IMG/VR virus record: IMGVR_UViG_3300028920_000001
Coordinates: 310,001-374,000 of that record
Length of the DNA: 64,000 nt
Strand: one strand, 5' to 3'
Part shown: positions 17,795 through 30,452 of the stretch, piece by piece
Layout: the number at the start of each line of letters is the position of its first letter
Position numbering within the stretch: position 1 is the first letter of the stretch
Translations under genes and position numbers: made by a program
Notes under the pieces: generated by a model
Seen by the model: the letters and a program-made list of their open reading frames with translations, nothing else
Databases searched by the model: none
Told to the model about the DNA's origin: nothing

Positions 17795-18535
17795 ATGAAG
17801 GAAAAAACAATAAGAAAAATTTGTCCACTTTGCGGTAAAGAATATTTTACTATTCATAGGGATTCAAAATTCTGTAGTAGAATTTGTTCAAATAAAAATA
17901 GGCGTAGATCAGATGAGAATGGGTTCTTTGATAGGGTATGTAAAAATTGTGGGATAAGATTTAAGACTAAGAGATCATCTAACTATTGTAGTACTCAATG
18001 TTATTCTAAATTAAAATTTGGTGTAAGGGATTTTCCAGAGCCTCTTCCTGTACAAGGTGCACGATGGGTTGAATTAGGATATGGGACTTTTTCTTTAATT
18101 GATGAAACAGATTATGAATTAGTTTCCAATGTTCTTTGGAGATTGCATAAGCGTGGCTATGCTTATCGATTGGTTAAAGGTCAAAATATATATTTGCATC
18201 GTTTTATTATGGAATCACATTTAGGGAAAATCCGAGAGACTATAGATCATATTAACGGGGATAAACTAGATAATCGAAAGTGCAATCTTAGAGTAGCTAC
18301 TCAATCTCAAAATAATGCAAATCAAAAAATGCAAGAAAATACTACTAGTGAATACAAAGGTGTTTGTTTTAATCGAAATCTAAAAGCCAACTGTTGGAGG
18401 GCCTATATTCGACATAATTATAAAATGATTAATATAGGATCTTTTTCATCTGAAGAAGCAGCTGCTCGAGCTTATGACCAAAAAGCCAAAGAGTTGTTCG
18501 GTACATTTGCGAAGCTAAATTTTCCAGAGTCTTAG
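17795..18535 (+). CDS. HNH homing endonuclease with AP2 DNA-binding domain
   Basis: IDHINGDKLDNRKCNLR; SEYKGV...WRAYI...IGSFSSEEAAARAYD...LFG.FAKLNF; N-terminal CxxC repeats. Confidence 0.9.
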   Translation: MKEKTIRKICPLCGKEYFTIHRDSKFCSRICSNKNRRRSDENGFFDRVCKNCGIRFKTKRSSNYCSTQCYSKLKFGVRDFPEPLPVQGARWVELGYGTFSLIDETDYELVSNVLWRLHKRGYAYRLVKGQNIYLHRFIMESHLGKIRETIDHINGDKLDNRKCNLRVATQSQNNANQKMQENTTSEYKGVCFNRNLKANCWRAYIRHNYKMINIGSFSSEEAAARAYDQKAKELFGTFAKLNFPES

Positions 18536-18569
18536 GAATTTGATAAGGTGCTAATTCTTTATTCCAAAT

Positions 18570-18974
18570 ATGAGTCGTCAAGTATCCGGTGGACAGGTCA
18601 TTCATGACCAATTAGATATTTATTCTCCAAATACGATAACTCGATTGATTGGAGTTACTATACCTCAAATCGAGCTTTTAGTATTTACAAATAACGTTGA
18701 TCAAAATTGGGTATTAGCTGACGGATCAGCCGTACTAGATACTGGTATATCTTCAGGCACAGTCTATTTTGATGAATTAACTACAAATTCTGGATATTAT
18801 CGAGTTAGATTCTTTCCAGGTCAAGTTGGATTTTGGAGGTTGATTTATAAATTACCATCAATTCAAACTGAAATCATTAAAGAATATGATATACTGGCAG
18901 TGGGGGCACTACAGCCCGGACCTAATGTTCGCGGCTTGGTTTCTAGTTTTGAGTCAAGCGGTAGTTCATGCTAA
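18570..18974 (+). CDS. Putative virion structural protein
   Basis: Beta-rich; GYYRVRFFP...GFWRLIY Ig-like segment. Confidence 0.6.
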   Translation: MSRQVSGGQVIHDQLDIYSPNTITRLIGVTIPQIELLVFTNNVDQNWVLADGSAVLDTGISSGTVYFDELTTNSGYYRVRFFPGQVGFWRLIYKLPSIQTEIIKEYDILAVGALQPGPNVRGLVSSFESSGSSC

Positions 18975-18975
18975 C

Positions 18976-20217
18976 ATGGCTCTCCTTTTTGTCAATTCGG
19001 GTATCCCTGCTGGACGCTTGCAGCTCTCTTTATTTAATCTAGAGGGTTATCCGCAAGATGCCTATAACGTAGGATATACTATATTTAAACAAGACGGAAC
19101 TCAAGTATCTGGACGTAATATTCCTGCAGTTAAAGTTGACACTGGAAGATATGAAGCTTCATGGGCTTGTTCTAATGTAGGTGGATGTTACAAAATTAAA
19201 TGGGAATATAAACCGGAATCTGGGCGCTCTGTTGAAATAATTTGTGATGATTTCTTTGTAGTTTCTCCTTCTTTTTATCAAAATTTCTTGGCGGGAGCCG
19301 CTTCTGGTCAGCCTCTTAGTACAACTTGTAAAGCGTTCTATTGTGGTCAGGCTCTCGGCGATGGTGATTTAAGTCTATATCTGAAAGATGCAAATGGATT
19401 TCCTGCTAATGCTTATGCAGTTTTTTGGTCCATAATTGATTGTTGTACTGGTTGTCCTTTAATTCAAAGAACTGAAGCTACTCCTGGAGCTGAAATTGGT
19501 TCGTATTATGCAAATTGGTTTGTTAATTTAACCGGAGGTGAATATAAGGTAAAATGGGAATGGATGGAGGAAGCTGATTCTCCATTAGAATCAGCTTGCA
19601 TGACATTTTCTATAATTTGTAATAATTTATTCAATGTTCTCGGAGAGTGTGTTACATCTGAATCTTTTTGTGTTTCTCCGGATGGATTAGATACCTGTTG
19701 CATAATTAAGAAAATTTATATCCCAGTTTCAAATCCTTGTAGCCCAGTTGGTCCAGGAATACCGGTGGTGCCAGTGACTGATCAATGCTGCCCATTTGAA
19801 ATCCCTCGAGTAGTTCATTTAATTACTCAAGTTTTGCCTGCAGGAGGCGCCTATACTACACAACCTGTTTATGAAATTCCGTCTAGAATTCGTAAAATAA
19901 TGTTCTACGTGACTTATAAGAGAGGAATAGCTGGTGGTTATGCTAATTTCAGATTGATGTGGGGAAATGGAACTGAAGAAATTCAATCTACTATGATTGA
20001 TTTAGATTTTGTGAATATAAATACGGCTAGATCTAGACAAGATGCATTTATGAATGATTTTAAAGGACCTGAACCAATAAATGATAATCAAGTAAATTTT
20101 GCATTTGAAGTTAATGTGCCAGGAGGTTCAACTACAGTCAGATTGCTTGCGTCTGAAGGTGGACAGGTAGGAGCGCCTGGGATAATAAGTATTACCTTAA
20201 CTGCTGCGAGTGATTAG
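18976..20217 (+). CDS. Cys-rich putative virion structural protein with two copies of a neck-protein-like domain
   Basis: Start at MALLFVNSG; two repeats similar to the N-terminus of 41408..42301; about 17 Cys. Confidence 0.65.
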   Translation: MALLFVNSGIPAGRLQLSLFNLEGYPQDAYNVGYTIFKQDGTQVSGRNIPAVKVDTGRYEASWACSNVGGCYKIKWEYKPESGRSVEIICDDFFVVSPSFYQNFLAGAASGQPLSTTCKAFYCGQALGDGDLSLYLKDANGFPANAYAVFWSIIDCCTGCPLIQRTEATPGAEIGSYYANWFVNLTGGEYKVKWEWMEEADSPLESACMTFSIICNNLFNVLGECVTSESFCVSPDGLDTCCIIKKIYIPVSNPCSPVGPGIPVVPVTDQCCPFEIPRVVHLITQVLPAGGAYTTQPVYEIPSRIRKIMFYVTYKRGIAGGYANFRLMWGNGTEEIQSTMIDLDFVNINTARSRQDAFMNDFKGPEPINDNQVNFAFEVNVPGGSTTVRLLASEGGQVGAPGIISITLTAASD

Positions 20218-23200
20218 TGGCTGTTCAGAATCCCCGTGGTAAAAAACCAGGTGCAACTGGTGCAACCGGGCCTCCTGGTCCGACTGGGCCACAAGGTGTA
20301 ACTGGTTTACAAGGGCCTCCTGGTTCACCAGGTGCTACAGGACCACAGGGATCACCAGGTGCTACAGGACCACAGGGATCACCGGGTGTCACAGGTCCAC
20401 AAGGTGTTACTGGTGTAATTGGTCCACAAGGTGCCACTGGACCACAAGGTATTCAGGGATCGCCTGGTCCTGCAGGTCCACAAGGTATTCAGGGATCGCC
20501 TGGTCCTGCAGGTCCACAAGGACCCACTGGATCAATTGGTCCACAAGGTGTTACTGGTTCCCTTGGCCCCACTGGTCCACAAGGATCACAGGGTTCCCCG
20601 GGTGTTACTGGATTACAAGGTGTTCAGGGTTCCCCTGGCCCCACGGGTCTACAAGGATCACAGGGTTCCCCTGGCCCCACGGGTCCACAAGGTTCTACTG
20701 GTCCACAAGGTTCTACAGGTCCCCAGGGTCCTACTGGTGCCACTGGTCCACAGGGTGCCACTGGTCCACAGGGTTCCACTGGTCCACAGGGTGCAACTGG
20801 TTTACAAGGACCAACTGGTGTTACTGGACCACAAGGCTCACCAGGCACTACTGGACCACAAGGTTCCCCTGGACCACAAGGTTCCCCTGGACCACAAGGT
20901 GCTACAGGAATTCAAGGACCAACTGGACCACAAGGCGTAACAGGACCACAAGGAATTCAAGGTACTCCTGGCCCTCGAGGCGCTACTGGTTTACCTGGTC
21001 CTCCAGGATTGCAAGGTAATCAAGGTTCACCGGGTGTTACTGGACCACAAGGAATTCAGGGATCGCCTGGTGTTACTGGATCAACTGGTCCTACTGGTCC
21101 CCAAGGTGCCACTGGTCCCCAAGGTACACAGGGAGTAACTGGTCCTCAGGGAGTAACTGGTTCTACAGGCCCTACTGGTCCCCAAGGTGCAACAGGACCA
21201 CAGGGAATTCAGGGTGCCACTGGTTTACAGGGTGCCACTGGTTTACAGGGTCCTAATGGTGTCACAGGAGCTACTGGTCCCCAAGGTGCAACTGGTCCCC
21301 AAGGTGCCACAGGTGTTACGGGTCCTACTGGACCACAAGGGGCAACAGGACCACAAGGGGCAACAGGACCACAAGGGGCAACAGGACCACAAGGAATTCA
21401 GGGTACCACTGGCCCAACTGGACCACAGGGTGCAACTGGTCCCCAAGGTGCCACTGGACCACAGGGTGCAACAGGACCGCAGGGTATAACTGGCCCAACT
21501 GGTCCTCAAGGTAGTCCAGGTGTTACTGGACCACAAGGTATTCAGGGTCCTACGGGTCCCCAAGGTCCTACGGGTCCCCAAGGTTCTACGGGTCCCCAAG
21601 GTCCTACGGGTTTAAAAGGTGATCAAGGCAGTCCAGGTATAACTGGTGCGACAGGCCCTACCGGACCCCAGGGCGAAACAGGTGTACAAGGCACCCCTGG
21701 GTCAACTGGTCCCCAAGGCGTTACTGGTTTACAGGGTGCAACTGGTGCAACTGGGCCTCAAGGTTCGCCTGGTGTTACTGGCCCCCAGGGTGCAACTGGT
21801 GTTCAAGGTCCTACAGGTGTTCAAGGTCCTACAGGCCCTACTGGACCACAAGGCGTAACAGGACCACAAGGAATTCAAGGTACTCCTGGCCCTCGAGGCG
21901 CTACTGGTTTACCTGGTCCTCCAGGATTGCAGGGCCCACAAGGTAGTCCAGGCATAACTGGTGCACTTGGTCCTACGGGTCCTATTGGTACTACAGGTCC
22001 ACAAGGCGCTACGGGTCCACAGGGTGCTACAGGATTACAAGGCGCTACAGGATTACAAGGACCAACAGGCGCTACAGGTCCCCAGGGTGCAACTGGTCCC
22101 CAGGGTGCAACTGGTCCACAAGGTGCTACAGGATTACAAGGACCAACAGGTCCCCAGGGTGCAACTGGACCACAAGGCGTTACAGGTCCCCAAGGTGCAA
22201 CTGGTTTACCAGGCGCAACTGGTTTACCAGGCGCAACTGGATCAACTGGACCACAAGGCGTTACAGGTCCCCAAGGTGCAACAGGATTACAAGGACCAAC
22301 AGGTGCTACAGGACCAACAGGTGCTACAGGACCACAAGGCGCTACAGGTCCCCAAGGTAGTCCAGGTGTTACTGGCTCACAGGGTATTCAAGGACTAACA
22401 GGTGCTATTGGTCCCACTGGACCACAAGGATTACAGGGTAGTCCAGGTGTTACTGGGGTTACGGGTCCACAGGGTGATCAAGGCTCACCTGGTGTTACTG
22501 GTCCACAAGGATCACCGGGTGTCACAGGTCCTACGGGTTCACAAGGTGATCAGGGCTCTCCGGGTGTTACTGGTCCTACAGGTCCCCAAGGTGATCAGGG
22601 TTCTCCAGGTGTCACAGGCCCTCAAGGATCACCGGGTGTTACAGGTTCTATAGGTTCACAGGGATCACCTGGAGTCACAGGTCCCCAAGGTGATCAGGGC
22701 TCCCCAGGTGTCACAGGAGCTACAGGTCCCCAGGGATCACCAGGTGTTACCGGTCCGACTGGACCCACTGGACCGCAGGGTGATCAAGGCTCTCCGGGTA
22801 TTACCGGCTTTACTGGTCCACAGGGTGATCAAGGCTCCCCAGGTGTCACAGGTCCTACAGGCCCCCAAGGTGATCAAGGATCACCAGGTCCTACAGGCCC
22901 CCAAGGATCACCGGGTGTTACAGGTCCAACCGGACCGCAGGGTTCCCCCGGAATCACAGGTCCCCAAGGTTCTCCCGGAATCACAGGTCCCACAGGCCCT
23001 CAAGGTGATCAAGGCTCACCTGGTGTTACAGGAGCCATAGGCCCTCAAGGCTTCCCGGGTGTTACCGGTCCTACAGGTCCACAGGGTGTTACCGGTCCTA
23101 CAGGCCCCCAGGGCTCACCTGGTGTCACAGGATCACAAGGTGATCAAGGATCACCTGGAGTTACCGGTCCTACAGGTTCCCGGGGCGCCACCGGTACTCA

Positions 23201-26200
23201 GGGTGATCAAGGGTCACCTGGTGTCACAGGCCCTACAGGCCCTCAGGGTGTCACCGGTACTCAGGGTGATCAAGGATCACCTGGTGTCACAGGCCCTCAA
23301 GGATCACCTGGTGTCACAGGCCCTACAGGTCCAACAGGTCCCCAAGGTGTCACAGGCCCTACAGGCCCTCAGGGTGATCAGGGATCACCTGGAATTACGG
23401 GCACTATTGGTCCAACAGGTCCCCAGGGTGAGACAGGTGTTCAAGGAATTCAAGGAAGTCCTGGAGTAACAGGTGCTACAGGTCCTGCTGGATCTGCTAC
23501 TGGAGTCACCGGTCCCCAGGGGCCACAGGGGAGTCCAGGTGTCACAGGTTCTATAGGTCCACAAGGCAGCCCTGGTGTCACAGGTTCCCAGGGCGCTACA
23601 GGCCCACAAGGTTTCACCGGTCCCCAGGGGTCACCTGGTGCTACAGGCCCACAAGGTGTCACAGGCCCTCAGGGTGATCAGGGCTCACCTGGTGTCACCG
23701 GTCCAGTAGGGGCTACTGGATCCCAAGGTGCTCAAGGCTCACCTGGAGTTACAGGATTTACTGGGCCACAAGGCTCACCTGGAGTCACAGGTCCCCAAGG
23801 CTCACCTGGTGTCACTGGTTCTACAGGCCCCCAAGGTGTTCAAGGTTCACCAGGTGTCACGGGTCCACAAGGTTCACCTGGAGTCACAGGTCCCCAAGGT
23901 GTCACTGGTCCTATAGGTTCAACAGGTCCCCAAGGTGTTACAGGATCTACAGGTCCCCAAGGTCCCCAAGGCTCACCTGGAGTCACAGGTCCAACAGGCC
24001 CTCAAGGCGTCACAGGTCCACAGGGTGTTACCGGTTTTATAGGCCCTCAAGGCTCACCAGGTGTAACGGGTCCAACAGGTCCCCAAGGCGATCAGGGTTC
24101 TCCAGGTGTTACAGGGGCTACTGGACCTCAAGGTCCTACAGGCCCCCTGGGTGTCACAGGTCCAACAGGTCCCCAAGGCGATCAGGGAAGTCCTGGAATT
24201 ACTGGTGCGACAGGGGCTACTGGTCCTACAGGTCCCCAAGGTGTTACTGGACCACAGGGTGATCAGGGTTCACCAGGTGTCACAGGTCCACAAGGTGTCA
24301 CAGGTCCTACAGGCCCACAGGGTTCACCTGGAGTCACCGGTCCCATAGGTCCAACAGGTCTAACAGGTCCAACAGGTCCACAAGGGGTTACTGGTTCTAC
24401 AGGCCCTCAAGGCGAAACAGGGGTTACTGGTTCTACAGGCCCCCAAGGTGATCAAGGATCCCCGGGTGTTACAGGTCCTACTGGACCCCAAGGAGTCCAG
24501 GGATCACCAGGTGTTACAGGGGTAACTGGACCCCAAGCATCACCTGGTGTCACTGGTCCAGTAGGGGCTACTGGATCCCAAGGTGCTCAAGGCTCACCTG
24601 GAGTTACAGGATTTACTGGGCCACAAGGCTCACCTGGAGTCACAGGTCTTACAGGCCCCCAAGGTGCTCAAGGATCACCTGGAGTCACAGGCTCTACAGG
24701 TCCCCAAGGTGTTACTGGCCCACAGGGATCACCAGGTGTTACCGGGGCTACAGGCCCCCAAGGTGTCACAGGTCTTACAGGCCCCCAGGGCTCACCGGGT
24801 GTCACAGGCCCCCAAGGCTCACCGGGTGTCACAGGCCCCCAAGGCTCACCGGGTGTCACAGGCCCCCAAGGTGCTCAAGGCTCACCGGGTGTCACAGGTC
24901 CTACAGGTCCTGTTGGTCCACAGGGTGTTACTGGTTTTACTGGACCGCAGGGTGATCAGGGCAGTCCAGGTTTCACTGGTCCACAAGGTGATCAGGGCTC
25001 ACCTGGAGTTACAGGTCCTACAGGCCCCCAAGGTGTCACAGGCCCCCAAGGATCACCGGGTGTCACAGGTCCACCGGGTGTCACAGGTCCTATTGGACCG
25101 CAAGGTGATCAAGGCTCACCGGGTGTCACAGGTCCACAGGGTGATCAAGGCTCCCCGGGTGTTACAGGAGCTATAGGTGTCACCGGTCCACAAGGCGATC
25201 AGGGTTCACCTGGAGTCACAGGCCCTCAAGGTGTCACTGGTCCACAAGGTGATCAAGGCTCCCCAGGTGTTACAGGTGTTACAGGGGCTACAGGTCCACA
25301 AGGTGATCAGGGCTCACCTGGAGTCACAGGCCCCCAAGGTGTCACAGGTCCTACGGGTCCCCAAGGTGTTACCGGTTTCACAGGTTCTAAAGGTGATCAG
25401 GGTTCACCTGGAGTCACAGGTCCCCAAGGTGATCAGGGTTCACCTGGAGTCACCGGTTCTACGGGCCCTGTTGGCTTACAGGGTTCTCCAGGTGTTACAG
25501 GAGCTACAGGTCCACAAGGTGATCAGGGAAGTCCTGGTGTCACAGGTCCCCAAGGATCACCTGGTGTCACAGGCCCTACAGGCCCACAGGGTGTTCAGGG
25601 TTCACCAGGTGTCACAGGTTCTACAGGTCCACAAGGTGATCAAGGATCACCTGGAGTCACAGGAGCTTTAGGTCCAACAGGCCCCCAGGGTGATCAAGGC
25701 TCACCCGGAGTCACAGGCCCCCAAGGTGTCACAGGTCCTACGGGTCCCCAAGGTGTTACCGGTCCCCAAGGTGATCAAGGCTCCCCAGGTGTCACAGGAG
25801 CTATAGGCCCCCAAGGTGTTACCGGGGCTACAGGTCCTACGGGTCCCCAAGGTGATCAGGGATCACCTGGAATTACAGGCCCCCAAGGTGCTCAAGGATC
25901 ACCTGGAATTACAGGCCCCACAGGTCCTGTTGGCCCACAAGGCTCACCGGGTGTCACAGGAGCCACAGGTCCCCAAGGTTCTACAGGTCCACAGGGTTCA
26001 CCTGGAGTTACCGGTTCTACGGGTCCACAGGGTGATCAAGGCTCACCGGGTGTCACCGGTCTTACAGGCCCCCAAGGCTCACCGGGTGTCACCGGCCCCC
26101 AGGGTGTCACAGGTCCTACAGGTCCACAGGGTTCACCTGGAGTCACAGGTGCTACAGGACCACAAGGCGCTACAGGATTACAAGGATCAACAGGTTCTAC

Positions 26201-27434
26201 GGGTCCACAGGGTGATCAAGGATCACCTGGAGTCACAGGAGCTTTAGGTCCAACAGGCCCCCAGGGTGATCAAGGCTCCCCGGGTGTCACAGGAGCTACA
26301 GGCCCCCAAGGATCACCTGGTGTCACCGGTCCTACAGGCCCACAGGGTGTCACAGGTCCTATTGGACCGCAAGGTGATCAAGGCTCACCGGGTGTCACAG
26401 GTCCACAGGGTGATCAAGGGTCACCCGGAATTACGGGTGTCACAGGCCCTCAGGGTGATCAAGGCTCCCCGGGTGTCACAGGCCCCCAGGGTGTCACAGG
26501 TTCTATAGGTCCAACAGGTTCTATTGGACCGCAAGGTGATCAAGGCTCCCCAGGTGTCACAGGCCCCCAAGGTGTCACAGGCCCCCAAGGTGTCACAGGC
26601 CCCCAAGGTGTCACAGGTCCTACAGGCCCCCAGGGTGATCAGGGCTCACCAGGTGTCACCGGTCCTACAGGTCCCCAGGGTGATCAAGGATCACCGGGTG
26701 TTACAGGCCCCCAAGGTGATCAAGGATCACCAGGTCCTACAGGTCCACAGGGTGATCAAGGCTCTCCTGGTATTACAGGCCCCCAGGGTGATCAAGGCTC
26801 TCCTGGTATCACAGGAGCTACAGGTCCCCAAGGCGTCACAGGTCCCCAGGGTGATCAAGGCTCTCCTGGTGTCACAGGATCTACAGGCCCCCAGGGCTCT
26901 CCTGGTGTCACAGGCCCCCAAGGAGTCACAGGTCCTACGGGTCCCCAAGGTCCACAAGGTAGTCCTGGTGTAACTGGAGTTACTGGTTTTATTGGTCCTC
27001 AAGGATCGCCTGGAGTTACTGGTGCTACAGGTCCAGCTGGTGCTAGTACTGATTGGTTTAATTCTATTACAAGTAATACAACTATAACTTCAACTTCATT
27101 CGTTACTTTGTTATCTGTGAATATTACTAAAGCTACTTCTGGTTCGGTTCTTAAAATTTATGGAGTTGTTAATGGTGTTATTTCTTCTGCTCAGCAACAG
27201 ACAGAAGTTAGATTAAGAATTGATTCTACGACTTATATGGGTGGATCTCTTGATCAAGCTGCCAATACGAATGCAGCTTGTTGTTCATTTGTATACAGAG
27301 CAACTGGAATTTCGTCAGGAGCTCATACTGTAGAAATTCAAGTTAGATCAATTCAGCCTAGTCAATCAATTTATGTTAGACCTTCTACTTATCCTAATCG
27401 TGAGAGTGCTACACTGCTTGTTGAGGAGATTTAA
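20217..27434 (+). CDS. Giant collagen-like fibre protein (2405 aa)
   Basis: Gly-X-Y from residue 12 to about 2277 (about 755 triplets), Thr/Gln/Pro-rich, plus about 130-aa beta-rich C-terminal domain. Confidence 0.95.
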   Translation: MAVQNPRGKKPGATGATGPPGPTGPQGVTGLQGPPGSPGATGPQGSPGATGPQGSPGVTGPQGVTGVIGPQGATGPQGIQGSPGPAGPQGIQGSPGPAGPQGPTGSIGPQGVTGSLGPTGPQGSQGSPGVTGLQGVQGSPGPTGLQGSQGSPGPTGPQGSTGPQGSTGPQGPTGATGPQGATGPQGSTGPQGATGLQGPTGVTGPQGSPGTTGPQGSPGPQGSPGPQGATGIQGPTGPQGVTGPQGIQGTPGPRGATGLPGPPGLQGNQGSPGVTGPQGIQGSPGVTGSTGPTGPQGATGPQGTQGVTGPQGVTGSTGPTGPQGATGPQGIQGATGLQGATGLQGPNGVTGATGPQGATGPQGATGVTGPTGPQGATGPQGATGPQGATGPQGIQGTTGPTGPQGATGPQGATGPQGATGPQGITGPTGPQGSPGVTGPQGIQGPTGPQGPTGPQGSTGPQGPTGLKGDQGSPGITGATGPTGPQGETGVQGTPGSTGPQGVTGLQGATGATGPQGSPGVTGPQGATGVQGPTGVQGPTGPTGPQGVTGPQGIQGTPGPRGATGLPGPPGLQGPQGSPGITGALGPTGPIGTTGPQGATGPQGATGLQGATGLQGPTGATGPQGATGPQGATGPQGATGLQGPTGPQGATGPQGVTGPQGATGLPGATGLPGATGSTGPQGVTGPQGATGLQGPTGATGPTGATGPQGATGPQGSPGVTGSQGIQGLTGAIGPTGPQGLQGSPGVTGVTGPQGDQGSPGVTGPQGSPGVTGPTGSQGDQGSPGVTGPTGPQGDQGSPGVTGPQGSPGVTGSIGSQGSPGVTGPQGDQGSPGVTGATGPQGSPGVTGPTGPTGPQGDQGSPGITGFTGPQGDQGSPGVTGPTGPQGDQGSPGPTGPQGSPGVTGPTGPQGSPGITGPQGSPGITGPTGPQGDQGSPGVTGAIGPQGFPGVTGPTGPQGVTGPTGPQGSPGVTGSQGDQGSPGVTGPTGSRGATGTQGDQGSPGVTGPTGPQGVTGTQGDQGSPGVTGPQGSPGVTGPTGPTGPQGVTGPTGPQGDQGSPGITGTIGPTGPQGETGVQGIQGSPGVTGATGPAGSATGVTGPQGPQGSPGVTGSIGPQGSPGVTGSQGATGPQGFTGPQGSPGATGPQGVTGPQGDQGSPGVTGPVGATGSQGAQGSPGVTGFTGPQGSPGVTGPQGSPGVTGSTGPQGVQGSPGVTGPQGSPGVTGPQGVTGPIGSTGPQGVTGSTGPQGPQGSPGVTGPTGPQGVTGPQGVTGFIGPQGSPGVTGPTGPQGDQGSPGVTGATGPQGPTGPLGVTGPTGPQGDQGSPGITGATGATGPTGPQGVTGPQGDQGSPGVTGPQGVTGPTGPQGSPGVTGPIGPTGLTGPTGPQGVTGSTGPQGETGVTGSTGPQGDQGSPGVTGPTGPQGVQGSPGVTGVTGPQASPGVTGPVGATGSQGAQGSPGVTGFTGPQGSPGVTGLTGPQGAQGSPGVTGSTGPQGVTGPQGSPGVTGATGPQGVTGLTGPQGSPGVTGPQGSPGVTGPQGSPGVTGPQGAQGSPGVTGPTGPVGPQGVTGFTGPQGDQGSPGFTGPQGDQGSPGVTGPTGPQGVTGPQGSPGVTGPPGVTGPIGPQGDQGSPGVTGPQGDQGSPGVTGAIGVTGPQGDQGSPGVTGPQGVTGPQGDQGSPGVTGVTGATGPQGDQGSPGVTGPQGVTGPTGPQGVTGFTGSKGDQGSPGVTGPQGDQGSPGVTGSTGPVGLQGSPGVTGATGPQGDQGSPGVTGPQGSPGVTGPTGPQGVQGSPGVTGSTGPQGDQGSPGVTGALGPTGPQGDQGSPGVTGPQGVTGPTGPQGVTGPQGDQGSPGVTGAIGPQGVTGATGPTGPQGDQGSPGITGPQGAQGSPGITGPTGPVGPQGSPGVTGATGPQGSTGPQGSPGVTGSTGPQGDQGSPGVTGLTGPQGSPGVTGPQGVTGPTGPQGSPGVTGATGPQGATGLQGSTGSTGPQGDQGSPGVTGALGPTGPQGDQGSPGVTGATGPQGSPGVTGPTGPQGVTGPIGPQGDQGSPGVTGPQGDQGSPGITGVTGPQGDQGSPGVTGPQGVTGSIGPTGSIGPQGDQGSPGVTGPQGVTGPQGVTGPQGVTGPTGPQGDQGSPGVTGPTGPQGDQGSPGVTGPQGDQGSPGPTGPQGDQGSPGITGPQGDQGSPGITGATGPQGVTGPQGDQGSPGVTGSTGPQGSPGVTGPQGVTGPTGPQGPQGSPGVTGVTGFIGPQGSPGVTGATGPAGASTDWFNSITSNTTITSTSFVTLLSVNITKATSGSVLKIYGVVNGVISSAQQQTEVRLRIDSTTYMGGSLDQAANTNAACCSFVYRATGISSGAHTVEIQVRSIQPSQSIYVRPSTYPNRESATLLVEEI
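20922..21931 (+). repeat. Exact ~92-bp direct repeat within the collagen gene (20922-21013 and 21840-21931)
   Basis: Identical DNA encoding [30 protein letters not shown], offset 918 bp (102 triplets). Confidence 0.85.
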
Positions 27435-27437
27435 TAG

Positions 27438-29783
27438 GTGGCTTCTTATAATTATTCAGTTTCCGGAGATTTTCCGAATAGCATAGTTGATAATGATCGT
27501 TTATGGGATGAGATTATTGCAGAAACTGCAATAACTGCTACACTCGAGTCAATAATAACTATTGGTGATACTTGTACAATCACGTTTGATATTGCTCTTT
27601 CAGGCGCTGAAGAAACTGCACTAGATAATGTTGTAGCTAATCATAGTGGTGAACCTAAAGCTTATCCTGAACCTATTTATAGTGATGATGTATTTACAGG
27701 GCCTTCTGCTACTGGTCCAGGTCGAGCTGGTATAATTCCAACTCCAATTGGTTCTGCTGCTGGTGTTGCTTCTGCTTATTTGCGAATTGATGGGACTTGG
27801 GATTATACTGGAGCTCTTGGCCCTACCGGGGCTCAAGGTGTAACTGGTCCACAAGGCATTACTGGAGTTACGGGTCCTCAAGGTGCAACGGGGGTCACTG
27901 GAGCCCGTGGTGCCACTGGAGTTACAGGCCCACGAGGTGCAACAGGCCCTACAGGTCCACGAGGTGCAACGGGGGTTACTGGATCACAGGGTGTTACAGG
28001 CCCACAAGGATCACCTGGAGTTACAGGCCCACGAGGTGCAACAGGCCCTACTGGTCCACAGGGATCACCTGGAGTCATTGGATCACAAGGGGTTACTGGA
28101 TCACAGGGTGTTACAGGCCCACAAGGATCACCTGGAGTTACAGGCCCTACAGGCCCACGAGGTGCAACAGGGGTCACTGGAGCCCGTGGTGCCACTGGAG
28201 TCACAGGCCCACGAGGTGCAACAGGGGTCACTGGAGCCCGTGGTGCAACAGGGGTCACAGGCCCTACAGGCCCACGAGGTGCAACAGGGGTCACTGGAGC
28301 CCGTGGTGCAACGGGGGTCACTGGAGTCCGTGGTGCCACTGGAGTCACAGGTCCACGGGGTGCCACTGGAGTTACAGGCCCTCAAGGCCCTCAAGGATCA
28401 CCAGGCGTAACTGGTGCAGGAGGAATCGTTGGTCCAGGATCTTCTACTGATAATGCTATAGTACGTTGGAATGGTACTGGTGGTAATCAAATTCAAGATT
28501 CTAATATTCTGGTTGATGATGATGGTAATATTGTAAATGCACGTACTACTCAATATGAATTATTAAGTCCTACTGCGGTTGCTTGGTCTGAGGGCATAGT
28601 TTTTTATGATGACGATCATCATACTTTAGCAGTTCATAATGACCAGTCTGATGCTACTCTTCGATTAGGGCAGGAAGAACATCTTCGTGTTTATAATAAT
28701 ACTGGATCTCAAATCAATAATGGAAGTGCCGTATATATTAGTGGTGCGAATGGGAACTTACCTACCGTAGCTTTAGCTCAATCTAATGCTTGGTCCACGG
28801 CTTATGCTGTTGGTCTTGCTACTCATGATATACCTAATGCTTCTGAGGGCATTATTACAGTTTTAGGGAATGTAACGATGGACACTACCGGGTTTTCTCC
28901 CGGTACCAGAGTTTATGTTTCTGCAGCTTCTCCTGGTTTATTAACTTCTACTTTACCCGCACAAGGAAACATTGTTGTTACAATTGGGGAAGTTATTAAT
29001 TCTGCTTCCGACGGCATGATTTATGTATCACCAAGTGGTCTTCCACTTGGTTCTAATAAGGAATTAGTTATTCCTGGCGATATTTATGTGAGCGCTAATG
29101 GTTCATCTTTATCCAACCCGCGCATTATTGGTGCGGTTGATATGACTTCTGGTGAGGGAGCTCGTTATCAATTTGGTGATGCTGCGAATGGCTGGCAGAA
29201 TGGCTATGATCAAGCTATGCAGTTGTGGGCATACCATACTATTATTCTTGAAGGTGATAGATCGAGTCTCACACCTCCTAGCATGGAGACTACTAGTAAT
29301 ATTAGTATACTAATTCGGAATACAACTGCCAGTAGTCCGGCATTAGTTGTACGTGGAGCATCTGGTCAGACAGCTAATCTTCAACAATGGCAGAGTTCTA
29401 CTCCAACAACATTGTGTAGTATTACATCATCTGGAAATTTTGATGCTAACAATCATGATTTAGATAATATTAGAACAGCTACTTTTAACGGTGTTATTGC
29501 TCATGGGTCCATGGGGTCTACAGAAACAATTAATTGGACTCAGGGTCAAAAACATTCAGGGACGAATAATGCAACCTGCACTATTAGTTTCACTAATCCT
29601 CCTGGACCTTGTAATTTGATTTTTGTATTAACAAATGGGGGAGCTTATACACTTACTTGGCCAGCTTCTGTGAATTGGGCTGGTGGATCACAACCCTCTT
29701 GGACAACAAGTGGTGTGGATATCATAGCGTTTTTCTTTGATGGGACCAACTATTTTGGAGTCGCTAGTTTGAACTTCTCATAG
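27438..29783 (+). CDS. Collagen-like tail/fibre protein (781 aa)
   Basis: 68 Gly-X-Y triplets (27810-28421); fibre modules [15 protein letters not shown]...GLATHDI; C-terminal [12 protein letters not shown]...[10 protein letters not shown] tail-fibre end. Confidence 0.9.
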   Translation: MASYNYSVSGDFPNSIVDNDRLWDEIIAETAITATLESIITIGDTCTITFDIALSGAEETALDNVVANHSGEPKAYPEPIYSDDVFTGPSATGPGRAGIIPTPIGSAAGVASAYLRIDGTWDYTGALGPTGAQGVTGPQGITGVTGPQGATGVTGARGATGVTGPRGATGPTGPRGATGVTGSQGVTGPQGSPGVTGPRGATGPTGPQGSPGVIGSQGVTGSQGVTGPQGSPGVTGPTGPRGATGVTGARGATGVTGPRGATGVTGARGATGVTGPTGPRGATGVTGARGATGVTGVRGATGVTGPRGATGVTGPQGPQGSPGVTGAGGIVGPGSSTDNAIVRWNGTGGNQIQDSNILVDDDGNIVNARTTQYELLSPTAVAWSEGIVFYDDDHHTLAVHNDQSDATLRLGQEEHLRVYNNTGSQINNGSAVYISGANGNLPTVALAQSNAWSTAYAVGLATHDIPNASEGIITVLGNVTMDTTGFSPGTRVYVSAASPGLLTSTLPAQGNIVVTIGEVINSASDGMIYVSPSGLPLGSNKELVIPGDIYVSANGSSLSNPRIIGAVDMTSGEGARYQFGDAANGWQNGYDQAMQLWAYHTIILEGDRSSLTPPSMETTSNISILIRNTTASSPALVVRGASGQTANLQQWQSSTPTTLCSITSSGNFDANNHDLDNIRTATFNGVIAHGSMGSTETINWTQGQKHSGTNNATCTISFTNPPGPCNLIFVLTNGGAYTLTWPASVNWAGGSQPSWTTSGVDIIAFFFDGTNYFGVASLNFS

Positions 29784-29817
29784 TGAAAGTTCTTTCTAGT
29801 CTCTTGAAGGAGAAATC

Positions 29818-30441
29818 ATGTCGAGCACCAAGACCGTTCGTACCTATGCCGAGTCGGAGTTCACATCGGCAACCACTGTCAACGTTGGCATCTTCCAGCA
29901 AGAGTTGGAAGATGATGCCTCGGTTACAGAAAAACCATCAGCTGTCTACAAGGCGGGCACATCTGTCATTGTAGAATGGTCTGTAGATAATGTTAGTTCA
30001 GGTACATTTAGTGCTGTTGACGCTGCTGTGGCTGCTCACGTTGGAGGGGCTTACGCAAGCGTACCCATTACGGAGATTTCGGAAGGGGAGTCTTCTGACG
30101 ACTCTGGAGATGAACAGACCAAGTTGACTCTGGACACAGGTTTGCTGCCTGCTGGGAGCTACTTGCTCGGATGGTACTGTGAACTCAAGACCGCTGGTGA
30201 AGTTGCAGCGACTGCAGCTCAGGTCAGGTTGTACGCCGACAAGAATGGCGGTGGGGAAGTGGAGCGAGGACTCTGCACTTGGCAACACTCGCAGTATCAC
30301 GATTTTGGAGGCTCCTTCCCATTCGTGGCGAAGGACGGGGATCGATACGAGCTGCGTCTGGCCTACGAACGGCTCGGGGCAAGCAGCAACGAGGTCTCGA
30401 TCCAACGGGCTCGGATGTACTGCGTGCAACTGAACAGCTAG
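29818..30441 (+). CDS. Putative fibre-associated structural protein
   Basis: SD AAGGAG; N-terminus ending VDAAVAAH resembles LDNVVANH of 27438. Confidence 0.7.
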   Translation: MSSTKTVRTYAESEFTSATTVNVGIFQQELEDDASVTEKPSAVYKAGTSVIVEWSVDNVSSGTFSAVDAAVAAHVGGAYASVPITEISEGESSDDSGDEQTKLTLDTGLLPAGSYLLGWYCELKTAGEVAATAAQVRLYADKNGGGEVERGLCTWQHSQYHDFGGSFPFVAKDGDRYELRLAYERLGASSNEVSIQRARMYCVQLNS

Positions 30442-30452
30442 TACTCTGAATA

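Noticed and set aside
20240-27045. Collagen DNA repeats as a CRISPR array or DGR template/variable repeat
   Set aside because: Repeats are in-frame 9-bp multiples with synonymous variation and no unique spacers; no cas or reverse transcriptase gene is in the window.
20225-28450. Numerous alternative-frame and antisense ORFs (LVHKV.., PCGPV.., TLWT.. repeats) inside the collagen genes
   Set aside because: Shadow ORFs produced by the 9-bp periodic, stop-poor GXY coding sequence; no independent starts or SD sites.
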